The position numbers and the translations under genes were made by a program. This document shows positions 30,862 to 40,700 of a stretch of DNA of 64,000 bases, piece after piece; within the stretch, counting starts at the first letter, position 1, and each line of letters opens with the position of its first letter. A model generated the notes under the pieces. That model did not search any database, was not told the DNA's origin, and worked only from the letters and a program-made list of their open reading frames with translations. This DNA comes from a virus (lineage: Duplodnaviria > Caudoviricetes): IMG/VR virus record IMGVR_UViG_3300029305_011823; one strand, 5' to 3'.

Positions 30862-32792
30862 TCTCCCTTTCTACCATTTTTATTATTTTCTATAGCTTTC
30901 TCTATCATAGCTTTTGTGATCATAGGTTTACTTGTTTGCTTAGCTTCATTTACGAAATCATCTATATTAGTTCTTTCACTGAACATATCATTTGCTTTAG
31001 AATCAGAACTTAATTCATAAATTTTCTCAGCTAATTTATCATTATTCTTCATGTAATTTAATAATTGACTAGCTTCATTTGGATTTAATTCAAAACCATC
31101 TAAACCTCTATTTAATAATTGATATCCTGTTGCATCACCTATATCTATTGTAGATCCATCAACTCTATTAACATTGTCTGCATTTGAGTTCATGTTTTGT
31201 AAACTTTTCTTAGCTGCATCTGCTATTTCTCTTACATATGCTGATATTTTATTATCCCCTTTTCTCATTCCTGTTCTTTGATCTCTCGCTTCACCAAAGC
31301 TTACATGTTTAGAATCTTTATATAAACTTTCAGCTACTGAGTTCATTGATAATATTTCATCTTCTCTACGTTTAAATCCTTCATTAAATACATAATCTGC
31401 TGCATATTTAACTAAACCTTTAACTGTTGTCTTATCTATTGGATTTTCCATATCATATCCATTGATACCTATTAATTGATATTCTAGATATTTCTCATAA
31501 GCTTCTCTTGATTCTTTATTGTCTTTCATTATACTATCAACTACACTAGAATCATTCTTATACTCTTCCATAAGTTTATCATATTGGAATTGATTTATTA
31601 CTGAAGATATTGTTAAATCATCTATGTCTGTAACATTTACAAAACTAGATTCATAATCTTCTTGATCTAACATCATGTCACTCTTAATATCTTCTAATAT
31701 TCTATAACCTTCAAGTTGTTTATCTGGATCTTTAGATGCGATTAGAGAATTTGCATATTGCTCATAAGATGTGAATCTATCTGTATGTGTGAAACCATTA
31801 ATGTTATCTTTATCTGTTTTATAGAACATTTGTAGGTCTTCTGGTAGGTCTTTGAATTTAGGTGGTGTGCTTTCATACATTGTGAAATCATATCCATCAA
31901 CTTCTATTGCATTTATTTCTTCTTCATATTCTTCCCATATACGTTTACCCATATCTTTTACCATTGCTAATTCGTTTAAGTTCATACCTCTATCTAATTT
32001 TATATTACGCATTGTCTTCTTAAATCTAGGTTTAACTGTTGGATAATACTCATAAGCTCCAAACATTCCACCCATATCTTTAGCATGGAAGAATTCTTCT
32101 TTACCACCATACTTATCAAACAATGCTTGTTTATATCTTTCAATTAAATCTTTTGCATCTTCATAATCTTCATAACGTTCATATATAGAACGTCCTAAAC
32201 CATTTTTACCTCTATCTTTTAATCTCTTAACAAATTCAAAATAATCTTCTTTAGTTTCTATTAAACCTGGAATTGTTACTCCAACATCTTCTCTTAAATC
32301 ATCTGGAATATCATTATCTTTCATATGATATGTTGAACCATTATATGCATTAACATAAACATTATTCATTATATCTTCAAAAGATGGTTTTGTAAATTCG
32401 TTTACTAATTCACATTCTTCTTTCTCTCTTTCTAATAATGCTTTATATTTATCTAATGCTTTCTTATTAAATCCTGTTTGCATAACTGCTTTTGGTTTAC
32501 TACTAACTCTGTTATTATCTATACATTCTTCTATAAATTCTATTGCATGATGTTTTTCCATATATCCGTATGATTGATTTAGATCAGAATTCTTAATCGG
32601 ATTCTTTTCTTCATCATTTACTAATGTTATCTTAAATTTTGGATGCATTTCTTCTATAACATCTAAATGATAACTAAGATAATCATCATCAGATTTAAAT
32701 TCATTATATAATTGATTTAATTTACTTCTATCCATTGGTTTTCTAATTCTTTCTATTGTATAATTATTAGAATTTTTATCAACATTTGCCAT
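30858..32792 (-). CDS. Hypothetical protein, overlapping the kinase gene start
   Basis: 644 aa; stop overlaps the kinase start region; early-type promoter at 32829..32860. Confidence 0.7.
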   Translation of the reverse strand: MANVDKNSNNYTIERIRKPMDRSKLNQLYNEFKSDDDYLSYHLDVIEEMHPKFKITLVNDEEKNPIKNSDLNQSYGYMEKHHAIEFIEECIDNNRVSSKPKAVMQTGFNKKALDKYKALLEREKEECELVNEFTKPSFEDIMNNVYVNAYNGSTYHMKDNDIPDDLREDVGVTIPGLIETKEDYFEFVKRLKDRGKNGLGRSIYERYEDYEDAKDLIERYKQALFDKYGGKEEFFHAKDMGGMFGAYEYYPTVKPRFKKTMRNIKLDRGMNLNELAMVKDMGKRIWEEYEEEINAIEVDGYDFTMYESTPPKFKDLPEDLQMFYKTDKDNINGFTHTDRFTSYEQYANSLIASKDPDKQLEGYRILEDIKSDMMLDQEDYESSFVNVTDIDDLTISSVINQFQYDKLMEEYKNDSSVVDSIMKDNKESREAYEKYLEYQLIGINGYDMENPIDKTTVKGLVKYAADYVFNEGFKRREDEILSMNSVAESLYKDSKHVSFGEARDQRTGMRKGDNKISAYVREIADAAKKSLQNMNSNADNVNRVDGSTIDIGDATGYQLLNRGLDGFELNPNEASQLLNYMKNNDKLAEKIYELSSDSKANDMFSERTNIDDFVNEAKQTSKPMITKAMIEKAIENNKNGRKGE

Positions 32793-32917
32793 ATTGAATA
32801 CCTCCCTATTTTATTTTTCTTCATTACTATAATATATAATTGAAATAGTACCTTTTTACGGTGGGCAAAAAATAATATGAAAAGGATCATACAATCCTCT
32901 CCATATTATTTAGTTGT

Positions 32918-34126
32918 CTAAATTCTCTTATCGTCTTTTAATTGTACTATGACTTTTCTAAGCCATGTATCCATTTTATCTATTACCTTTAAATCAGATA
33001 ATTTAAATAATGAAAGCATTTCAACATCATGCTTTTCTGGTTCTCCACTTTCTATTTCATATTCTATATTTCCTGTATCTATTTTAACTAGATAGATAAC
33101 TCCTAAATGTTCTGAACTTATTTTATTATCGTTAGATTGTACTAAATATAAAGGTTCTATACTTATTATATCTTCAAGATCTATTGTTAATTCTTCTGTT
33201 AATTCTTTCTTTATGTTTTTATTTAAAATTGTTTGTAATCTATGTTTTGTATTTCCTTTTTCTAATTTACTAACATGACCTTGAACTAATGTTAATTTAT
33301 CTTTTAATCTTTCTCCTTTACATTTTAACACTATGAAACTATCTGTAAATACATCATATACTAAAGCTCCAACTACTAACTGTCTTACAAAATCTCCATT
33401 ATATTCAAGTTCATTTCTATTAGCAAATTGTGTCCCTACCTTTTTCAATACTTCTTTATCTATTTTAGTTACTTCATTTTCAGGTCTATAATCTGTATAA
33501 TATATTATCTCATCATAATATTCATATAAACCTTTTTCTTCAAATATCTTATGTCTGTTTTCTACAAACTCTGCAGTTCCTGGTTTATATTTATATATAG
33601 CTGCAACTAAAGGATCTATAGCATCTAAATCATTAGTTGTTTTAACTTCTGTTCCTACAGGAGTTTGATAAATACTTCCGTCCATTTTAACTAATTGACA
33701 TCCTGCTTCTTTTGCCATATTTTTTGTAAATTCATTTTCATATTCGTCTATGAAATATATATTTCTAATACCTACTTGTAATGTAAGTTTCATACAAGTT
33801 GCACAAGGATACGTATTAACATATAAACTAGCTCCTCTTAAATCTTCTCCCGTTTTCATTGCGTTTAAAATTGCATTCTGTTCAGCGTGTACAGCATAGC
33901 ACATATCCAACATTTGTCCTGAAGGTATGTTATGTGCACTTCTATAACATCTCTTACAATCATCACAACAATTTGGAAGACCACTAGGAGCACCATTATA
34001 TCCTGTAGATAATATTCTATTATCTTTCACTATAATTGCACCAACTTTTCTTCTGATACATGTACTTCTTAAAGAAGTTTGAACTGCAATATTCATATAA
34101 TATTCATGTATATCTAATCTATTCAT
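32918..34126 (-). CDS. dCMP deaminase fused to a Nudix-like domain
   Basis: STCIRRKVGA, TGYNG, HAEQNA and PCATC; C-terminal QGHV...KKELTEEL, HLGVIY. Confidence 0.88.
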   Translation of the reverse strand: MNRLDIHEYYMNIAVQTSLRSTCIRRKVGAIIVKDNRILSTGYNGAPSGLPNCCDDCKRCYRSAHNIPSGQMLDMCYAVHAEQNAILNAMKTGEDLRGASLYVNTYPCATCMKLTLQVGIRNIYFIDEYENEFTKNMAKEAGCQLVKMDGSIYQTPVGTEVKTTNDLDAIDPLVAAIYKYKPGTAEFVENRHKIFEEKGLYEYYDEIIYYTDYRPENEVTKIDKEVLKKVGTQFANRNELEYNGDFVRQLVVGALVYDVFTDSFIVLKCKGERLKDKLTLVQGHVSKLEKGNTKHRLQTILNKNIKKELTEELTIDLEDIISIEPLYLVQSNDNKISSEHLGVIYLVKIDTGNIEYEIESGEPEKHDVEMLSLFKLSDLKVIDKMDTWLRKVIVQLKDDKRI

Positions 34127-34185
34127 AAAATCATTACCTCCATTTTTTATTTAAATTTCAACATATTTTGTTGTTACATAAAATA

Positions 34186-34752
34186 TTATTTTTCATTTAA
34201 TGTATCATAAGCAAGTTTATCTACTATTTGATTTCCTTCGAATATTAATTTAAATTCTTCTATATCAATGTCAAAATATTTATTGACAAATTTCTTATGC
34301 ATTTCAGGAATCTTACTTTCATTATTATGGGAATTTATATGACAAACATAGACTGGAATTGTAAGACTTAATAATAAGATATTTATATATGCAGATTTGA
34401 TCAGTTCTTGATTTTTTACTTTACCTGTTGTACTCATTAATACTTCATTGTCAGTTTTCTTTAACCAACCTTTCATCCATTCATTTAAAGTTTTCTCACA
34501 TAACTGAGAATCTGTTACTATCATAACTGATTCAGCATCAAATATTTCTGTAGAATTTTCTACTAAATATTTCGTACCTTTGTAAATTGCATACATTTCA
34601 GCATAATTATTTGTATGGTTTAATAAAAGTTTAGATTCTTTATGAATTAATTTGTTATTATAATAAATAGCAAATGCTGAAGCTGCATCAAATCCTTTTT
34701 CATTATTAGCACTTATAGAACTTCCATCTGTAGTTATTATAATTTTTCCCAT
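34186..34752 (-). CDS. rnhA: Ribonuclease HI
   Basis: TDGSS, TNNYAEM, TDSQ, KNQEL, HINSH and GNQIVDKLA motifs. Confidence 0.9.
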   Translation of the reverse strand: MGKIIITTDGSSISANNEKGFDAASAFAIYYNNKLIHKESKLLLNHTNNYAEMYAIYKGTKYLVENSTEIFDAESVMIVTDSQLCEKTLNEWMKGWLKKTDNEVLMSTTGKVKNQELIKSAYINILLLSLTIPVYVCHINSHNNESKIPEMHKKFVNKYFDIDIEEFKLIFEGNQIVDKLAYDTLNEK

Positions 34753-34830
34753 ATAAATACCTCCTAAAATTTATTATTCATTTACATAATATATAATTGA
34801 TTTGATACCTTTTTACACAAACATTACTAT

Positions 34831-34985
34831 AAGTAGTCATAGGACTACGCTAAGATCTCTCTGAGATCATTAGAATTTTACCTCCAATAAAATTTGATAA
34901 AATATATTTTTTATTTAGTTTTCAAGTACGGAAAAATAGATGTATATAGTGATATGACTTCACTATATACATCTATTTATCTTTT
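34831..34985 (+). ncRNA. Candidate sRNA A with an anti-SD loop
   Basis: AACA-N6-TA at 34820..34831, two 5' hairpins, AATTTTA-CCTCCAA-TAAAATT hairpin, terminator at 34934..34978; no ORF on this strand. Confidence 0.55.
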
Positions 34986-35255
34986 GTTTAGTCTCACATG
35001 CGTATATATCTTATCCACATTGATATAAAAACGTTGGCTTTTTCTACACCAACTCTACACACGATCGACAACATCGCTAATCTCTGCAAAAGCATACGAT
35101 GCATTATGTTATCAGCTGTATAACATAACTAGTTGATGGATTGAATTATCTGGCTCCCTTGTGGTGGAAATCATCTGTACCTGTGGCTACCTAAGGCTTT
35201 CGAACAGTGTTGCAGACACTGAACTGGCACGCTTCTCTGTCCCTTCCATCTCCCT
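34932..35255 (-). ncRNA. Candidate ~320-nt structured RNA
   Basis: AACA-N6-TA at 35255..35266, GC-elevated sequence with many hairpins, no long ORF, ends at a terminator. Confidence 0.6.
34934..34978. terminator. Bidirectional terminator between two convergent non-coding units
   Basis: 19-bp perfect inverted repeat AAATAGATGTATATAGTGA / TCACTATATACATCTATTT. Confidence 0.8.
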
Positions 35256-35281
35256 AATTAGTTGTTATACTATATGAAATT

Positions 35282-35779
35282 TTATTTTCTAAAATTATTT
35301 TTACTATTTTTCATTTTATGTTTTTTATTCATTCTTTTCATTTTATTGTCAGTATATTTTTGTACTTTAACAGATGTCATTAATACATCACTATCTTCAC
35401 AATAACAAGAATGTTCTATTGAGGCAGTTCTCATGTCATTTAATATTTGCAACCCCAAATACATCGAATCTGATTTTATATCTGGCATAACATCTCCTGT
35501 TATATAATTTAGAATTTCATCTCGAAATTCATTTTCATATTCTATTAATAACATATTTATACCCTCTTCTGATATGAACGTCTCATCCTCAATAGTCATT
35601 AAATAATAACCGTTTATATATTCATCTTCATTTATTCTTAATATATCAAGTACATTTCTTAATTCATACCATTTATAACCTAGCTCATCAGTAAATACAG
35701 GTGAATTTACTTCAAATAAACAATATAATTCATTTAGTAGAGTCTCTAGTGTACAGTATTTATTGTTTGAATTGTACAT
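35282..35779 (-). CDS. BRO-N-like domain protein
   Basis: WYELRNVLDILRI...FISEEGINMLL...FRDEILNYITGDVMPDI. Confidence 0.55.
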   Translation of the reverse strand: MYNSNNKYCTLETLLNELYCLFEVNSPVFTDELGYKWYELRNVLDILRINEDEYINGYYLMTIEDETFISEEGINMLLIEYENEFRDEILNYITGDVMPDIKSDSMYLGLQILNDMRTASIEHSCYCEDSDVLMTSVKVQKYTDNKMKRMNKKHKMKNSKNNFRK

Positions 35780-36092
35780 TATATAAGCACCCCACTTTCT
35801 CTATTCTATCTTTAACAAACTCAACAAATTCATCAGTTATCTCAAATACGAAATATTGTCTCCCGTTCTTGTAATCAAAATATTCTCTGAAATACTTTGG
35901 ATATAAATCATTAAAGTGTTCACGTTTGAAATCTATATGTACACATAATTTACCCATTTTACAAGTAGTATTAGGATTTTCTTCGACTGCCAATATCTGC
36001 ATTGCTTTTAACATATAAGTAATACGACCCTTATCAGCATTCACTAATTCTCCTATCATACTATACGGATAGTATCTTACTTCTTCTTCCAT
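35760..36092 (-). CDS. Hypothetical protein
   Basis: 110 aa, RBS AAGGAG, AACA-N6-TA promoter at 36116..36127. Confidence 0.6.
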   Translation of the reverse strand: MEEEVRYYPYSMIGELVNADKGRITYMLKAMQILAVEENPNTTCKMGKLCVHIDFKREHFNDLYPKYFREYFDYKNGRQYFVFEITDEFVEFVKDRIEKVGCLYNVQFKQ

Positions 36093-36137
36093 TTTTCTAC
36101 GCTCCTTTCGTGTTTTAACTATTTGTTTAATAATGAA

Positions 36138-36830
36138 TTATTTTGGATCTGAAACGATTCTCTTCATGAATTCTTCTTGACCTAATAGAGATAAAGGTCT
36201 AAATCCATCTACATCTACATATGTAAACTTAGTTTCTAATAACGAATAGTCTTGACATTCTTTAGAGAATTTAACGATAGATTTTAATTTATCTTTCATA
36301 TCTTGAGGCATATAAGGTTCATACTCTTTATAGAATGTTAACCAATCTCCACGTACATTTTGTACAGGTATAAATAGCATACCTTCATGTACTAACTTAT
36401 GTACTGTAGTAGATAACGGTATTAATCCTACTCTACATTGATAATGTAGTTTCATAACCTCTTCACATACTTCAAATAGATTTATTTCTCCATAATAATC
36501 AAGATGTTTAAGTAATACAGTCATTGTAATATCATATAAAGTAAATGGTGAATGGTGTATCTCAACTTTAAATTTAGAATAATGGTCCATTTTAGAATTT
36601 CCAAAGAAACTACATTTAGTCATATCTATGTATTCTTTTAGATATTTAATATACTCTTTATATTCTAAGCTAGAACGTATCATTCTCTCACATGTTTTAA
36701 CTGTTTTTACTTTATCCTTTTCAGATACTATATTGTAAATCATCTCAACATCTGGAACGTTGTTAATATTGACTTCCTCTATAAGTCTATCGTTTTTATA
36801 ACTTTCTATTTGTTTTGGAACTAATCTCAT
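36138..36830 (-). CDS. HNH-like protein, paralog of 24828..25502
   Basis: EIHHSPFTLYD...LSTTVHKLVH. Confidence 0.6.
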   Translation of the reverse strand: MRLVPKQIESYKNDRLIEEVNINNVPDVEMIYNIVSEKDKVKTVKTCERMIRSSLEYKEYIKYLKEYIDMTKCSFFGNSKMDHYSKFKVEIHHSPFTLYDITMTVLLKHLDYYGEINLFEVCEEVMKLHYQCRVGLIPLSTTVHKLVHEGMLFIPVQNVRGDWLTFYKEYEPYMPQDMKDKLKSIVKFSKECQDYSLLETKFTYVDVDGFRPLSLLGQEEFMKRIVSDPK

Positions 36831-36894
36831 CTTATCACTCTCCTTTTATAAAATTGTAGGTAAGAAAAAAAGATATAACCCGAAGGTTATATCT

Positions 36895-37407
36895 TTAAAA
36901 TAACCCAGCTTCAGGCTGGTAAGTTGATAGGAATCTATTTAAACACTCAGGAACATCTAAAACTGATGCATATATAGAATCTAAAATATCATCACTACCA
37001 TATTTATTTTCCATATGCATTCCATATGATGTTTCATATAAGGTTTCATGTAAGAATCCTAAACCTTCTGATATTATATCTTGTTCAGTTTCATTAAATT
37101 TAAAATATTCAACATCTCTTGATAATGTATCTATAAGCATTGTTAGTTGATTATATTCTGCTGTTAGATATTGCATAAAATCTGTAATCATTTTTGGAGT
37201 TAGATAATGTCCTCCAGAATATTTTATCTCGTAATCTGCTGATAAGTTATCATAGAAACTATCTATAACAACATTACCGCCTTTACAGAAATGATAATGT
37301 TCTTCTCTAAATCCATTTATCATATCCTGATCTTTTGTAACCCCTACTATAAAAGGACCTGGGTCTGTATCATTATAACCATATATTATACAATATTCTT
37401 GCTCCAT
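36895..37407 (-). CDS. Hypothetical protein
   Basis: 170 aa, RBS GGAGG. Confidence 0.65.
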   Translation of the reverse strand: MEQEYCIIYGYNDTDPGPFIVGVTKDQDMINGFREEHYHFCKGGNVVIDSFYDNLSADYEIKYSGGHYLTPKMITDFMQYLTAEYNQLTMLIDTLSRDVEYFKFNETEQDIISEGLGFLHETLYETSYGMHMENKYGSDDILDSIYASVLDVPECLNRFLSTYQPEAGLF

Positions 37408-37420
37408 ATTTTACCCCTCC

Positions 37421-37654
37421 TTAGAATCTACTTATTTTTTCTATTTGATCTACATCTATATGATTATCTAATTGACTTACATTAGATCTTTTTATCTGTT
37501 CTATTTTTTCTACTATGACATATATACTTTCTAAAACTTTATCTCTTTCATCTGGTGAAAGATTCATTGTATCTAATAATTCATATAATTTTTGATTAGA
37601 AGATTCTACTGAATTCACTATATCAGCTATTAAATATAAAGTTGATTTTTTCAT
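37421..37654 (-). CDS. Hypothetical protein
   Basis: Start moved to MKKST (37654) after GAGGAGG; early-type promoter at 37696..37727. Confidence 0.6.
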   Translation of the reverse strand: MKKSTLYLIADIVNSVESSNQKLYELLDTMNLSPDERDKVLESIYVIVEKIEQIKRSNVSQLDNHIDVDQIEKISRF

Positions 37655-37775
37655 ATTTATTACCTCCTCTAAATTAACTACTTGTATTCGACGATATAAT
37701 ATATAATTGAAATTCTCATGTTTTACAAAGATAAAATACATAGAGGAAAAAGTCCTCTATGTATTTTAAAAAATA

Positions 37776-40700
37776 TTATTCTCCATATATTGGTTGGTCT
37801 GCAGTCCATGCAGTATTTGCTGCCTGTGCAGTAGCGTAGTTTGTTAATTTAGTACAACCTCTAAGTGCTCCTGCGAATCCGTTAGAGTCTGCTCCACCCA
37901 TAGCGGTGAATTTAGCACCATTCCAGAATTCAGGTGCAGTACCTTCAAGAGATGAACAACCGTAGAACATACCATAAATATTTTTAAGCTTAGTATTTCT
38001 ACCTCCACCATTTAAGAAGTTAGGTCCTATACTACTAACTTTTGAGAATGCAAACATTTGAGCTGCACTTGTTATAGTATTTATTGAGTTAGCAAATAAT
38101 AATGGAGAAACTGCTCCAGTAACATTTGTACATCTGAATAAACAAGAAATATTTGTAACTTTATTTTGTTTACTAAACATTTGTGGATGTATATTCGCAG
38201 TACTTGGTATACCAGGCATTGCACGGAATATTGATGAACAGTTAACAAGTTCTGGACACTTATCAAATAACATTGGACTACATATATAATCTATACCAGT
38301 CTCAGTTTCATGATAAAGTTCAGAAATTTTTTCACAGTCATAGAATAATCTTGAAACATCTTGTAATTTAGTATATTTAATATTGTTATTTTCTGTAAAT
38401 AATAAATCGTGTGGTATACCACCAGTTATTTTCTTACATGCATAGAACATACTTGCTATTGAAGTTAATTGGATACAGTTTGCAAGTAATCCTGGAACGA
38501 CAACTTCAGTTTTTGGTCCTACCTTAGGTAATACGTAATAATTACCACTTGCGTTGATTATAGTTGCTAAGTTTGGTGATAATGTAACAACGTCTGAATA
38601 AGCAACTTGTGTGAATGGGTCTTCCATTACTTCAACAACTTGCATAGCTCCTTCAGTTCCTTTAGCTACAAGTTCGTATTCTACTATACCTTCAACTTCG
38701 TTATATTGTCCAACAGGTATAGGTTGATCTAATCCTTCACAACTTGCAAACATACTTGCTGTAGTAGTGATAGTTTTTCTACACGCATCAAATAATCCTA
38801 GAGGAATAGATCCTACAATATTTTTACAACCGTTAAATAGATTATCAGTTCTTTGTAAACTAGCACAGCCTTCTAACATATCATCAGGTATTTGTCCTGT
38901 GTATAAACTACAACCTTGCATAAATCCTGCCACGTTAGTTAACGCTATACCATTTTTAAACCATTCTGCACATATACCAGTTTGCACATCATTATCGCTA
39001 GTAGCATCTAAATTTACACCTGTTAATAATGAACAGTTAAGGAACATATATGAAACGTTCTTTAGTAACGATTTAGAATTTACAAGTAAATTTCTAGGAA
39101 TATGTCCTTCAATACTACTACATCCAGCGAACATGTAATATGTATCAGATAAAAGTTTATTTTCTATAAATAAGTCTTCACTTATACCATTATTACGAGT
39201 TTCAACTTGTGAACCTTTATAGTAATGACAATCTTTAAGAGAAGTACAGTTTCTAAACATTCCTGAAACATTTTGCACTTTAGGAACAACGTTTAAGAAT
39301 GTTTCATGATAACCAGTTATTTGAGTTCCTTCAAATATACCTCTAGATGTATATCTAGTAGTTCCCATATAAGTATTATCCTCATGGTCCATACCTATAT
39401 TTAGTAAGTTTTCAGCTCCTAAGAAGAAAGTTGACTCAACAATACCTTCCATTGATGTACAGTTACCAAACACACCTACAGCTTTTGTTAAATTAGGGAA
39501 TTTAGCAGTACCTCCTAATTTGTTAAATAAACTTGCTGGTAATTTTGGTAATTTACTACAGTTTTGGAACATACCATTTATCTTAACAAGTTTAGTATTT
39601 GTTGATAAGAATCCATCAGGTATTTCACAGTTAAGGTTATTAGAACAACCAAAGAACATAAAACTAGCATCAGTTAAATAAGTTAACGGTTTCATCATTT
39701 CTCCTAATCCAAGTTCTTCAGAAACTGCTAAGTTAGTACAATTGTTGAACATTTGTTTTGTTGAAGTAATATTATAACTTCCAATAAATATATCAGGACT
39801 TTCATTTATATAATCAGTAAGACTTCCGTCAGATGCAAACATTTGAGATACAGTAGTTAAATTAGGTTTATTATGTAATAAACTTGCTCCTACTGTTGTT
39901 AAATTTCTCATTCTACCGAATGTATTATTACAGTTAGTTAGTGTTGCACCGCATGGGTCAAATAAATCTCCAGGAACTGTTGTGTATCCAGTTATATCGA
40001 AGAATCCTGAAACGTTTTGTAATTTAGTATTCATAGCAAATAAATCCGATGGTATTGTTCTAGTAGTATCTTCTGCAGTACCTAATATAGTTTCATAACC
40101 GTCAAGACCTGCCATATGACACATACCTGTCGCACTAGTTAATGATTCACCACATGCATATAGTATTTTCTTAAGCATAGGTGTTTTCATACGGAAACAT
40201 CTATCACATGTACTATTAGCACTAGTTACACCAGTAAAGTTTAAAGATAAACCATCTATGTCTGATAAAACGAAACATTGTTGGAACATAGAATTTATAC
40301 TAGTATTTCCGTTAGTTAATACACCTGTTATCTTAGTAAGACCTCTACAGTTATAGAATAATGATGCTAAAGGACCAGTATAATTGATATTTCTTATTTC
40401 TGTAAAATAAGTACAGTTACTTAGTTTAAGTGTAGTAAGTTTTTTCAATTGACTCATGTCTAATACAACATCGTCGACATCAGCTGATCCATATTGTATT
40501 TTTCGTATACTTGAAGTCGATGCATCTAAGTAAGTTAAATTATCCCATAATTTAGCATTAGGATCACCATTTACAGCTTTGAATGCTTCTTCTTCATTTA
40601 AATATTTAGGTAATCTTAATGTATGAACAGTATCTGTTTGTGATATTATAAGTTTATTTAATTTATACATTGAGTATAATTTAAGGTCATTCATTACAGG

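Noticed and set aside
35011-35019. DnaA box TTATCCACA as an origin
   Set aside because: Single copy, lying in a hairpin loop of the candidate RNA; no cluster seen.
35161-35175. tmRNA or tRNA 3' end (TCCACCA on the minus strand)
   Set aside because: No T-arm (GTTCRA) upstream and no matching acceptor 5' strand; no tRNA was recognised anywhere in the window.
37735-37768. Fifth copy of the CATAGAGGAC hairpin motif
   Set aside because: It is the stem of an ordinary terminator after the giant gene and lacks the ACGG loop; probably coincidence.
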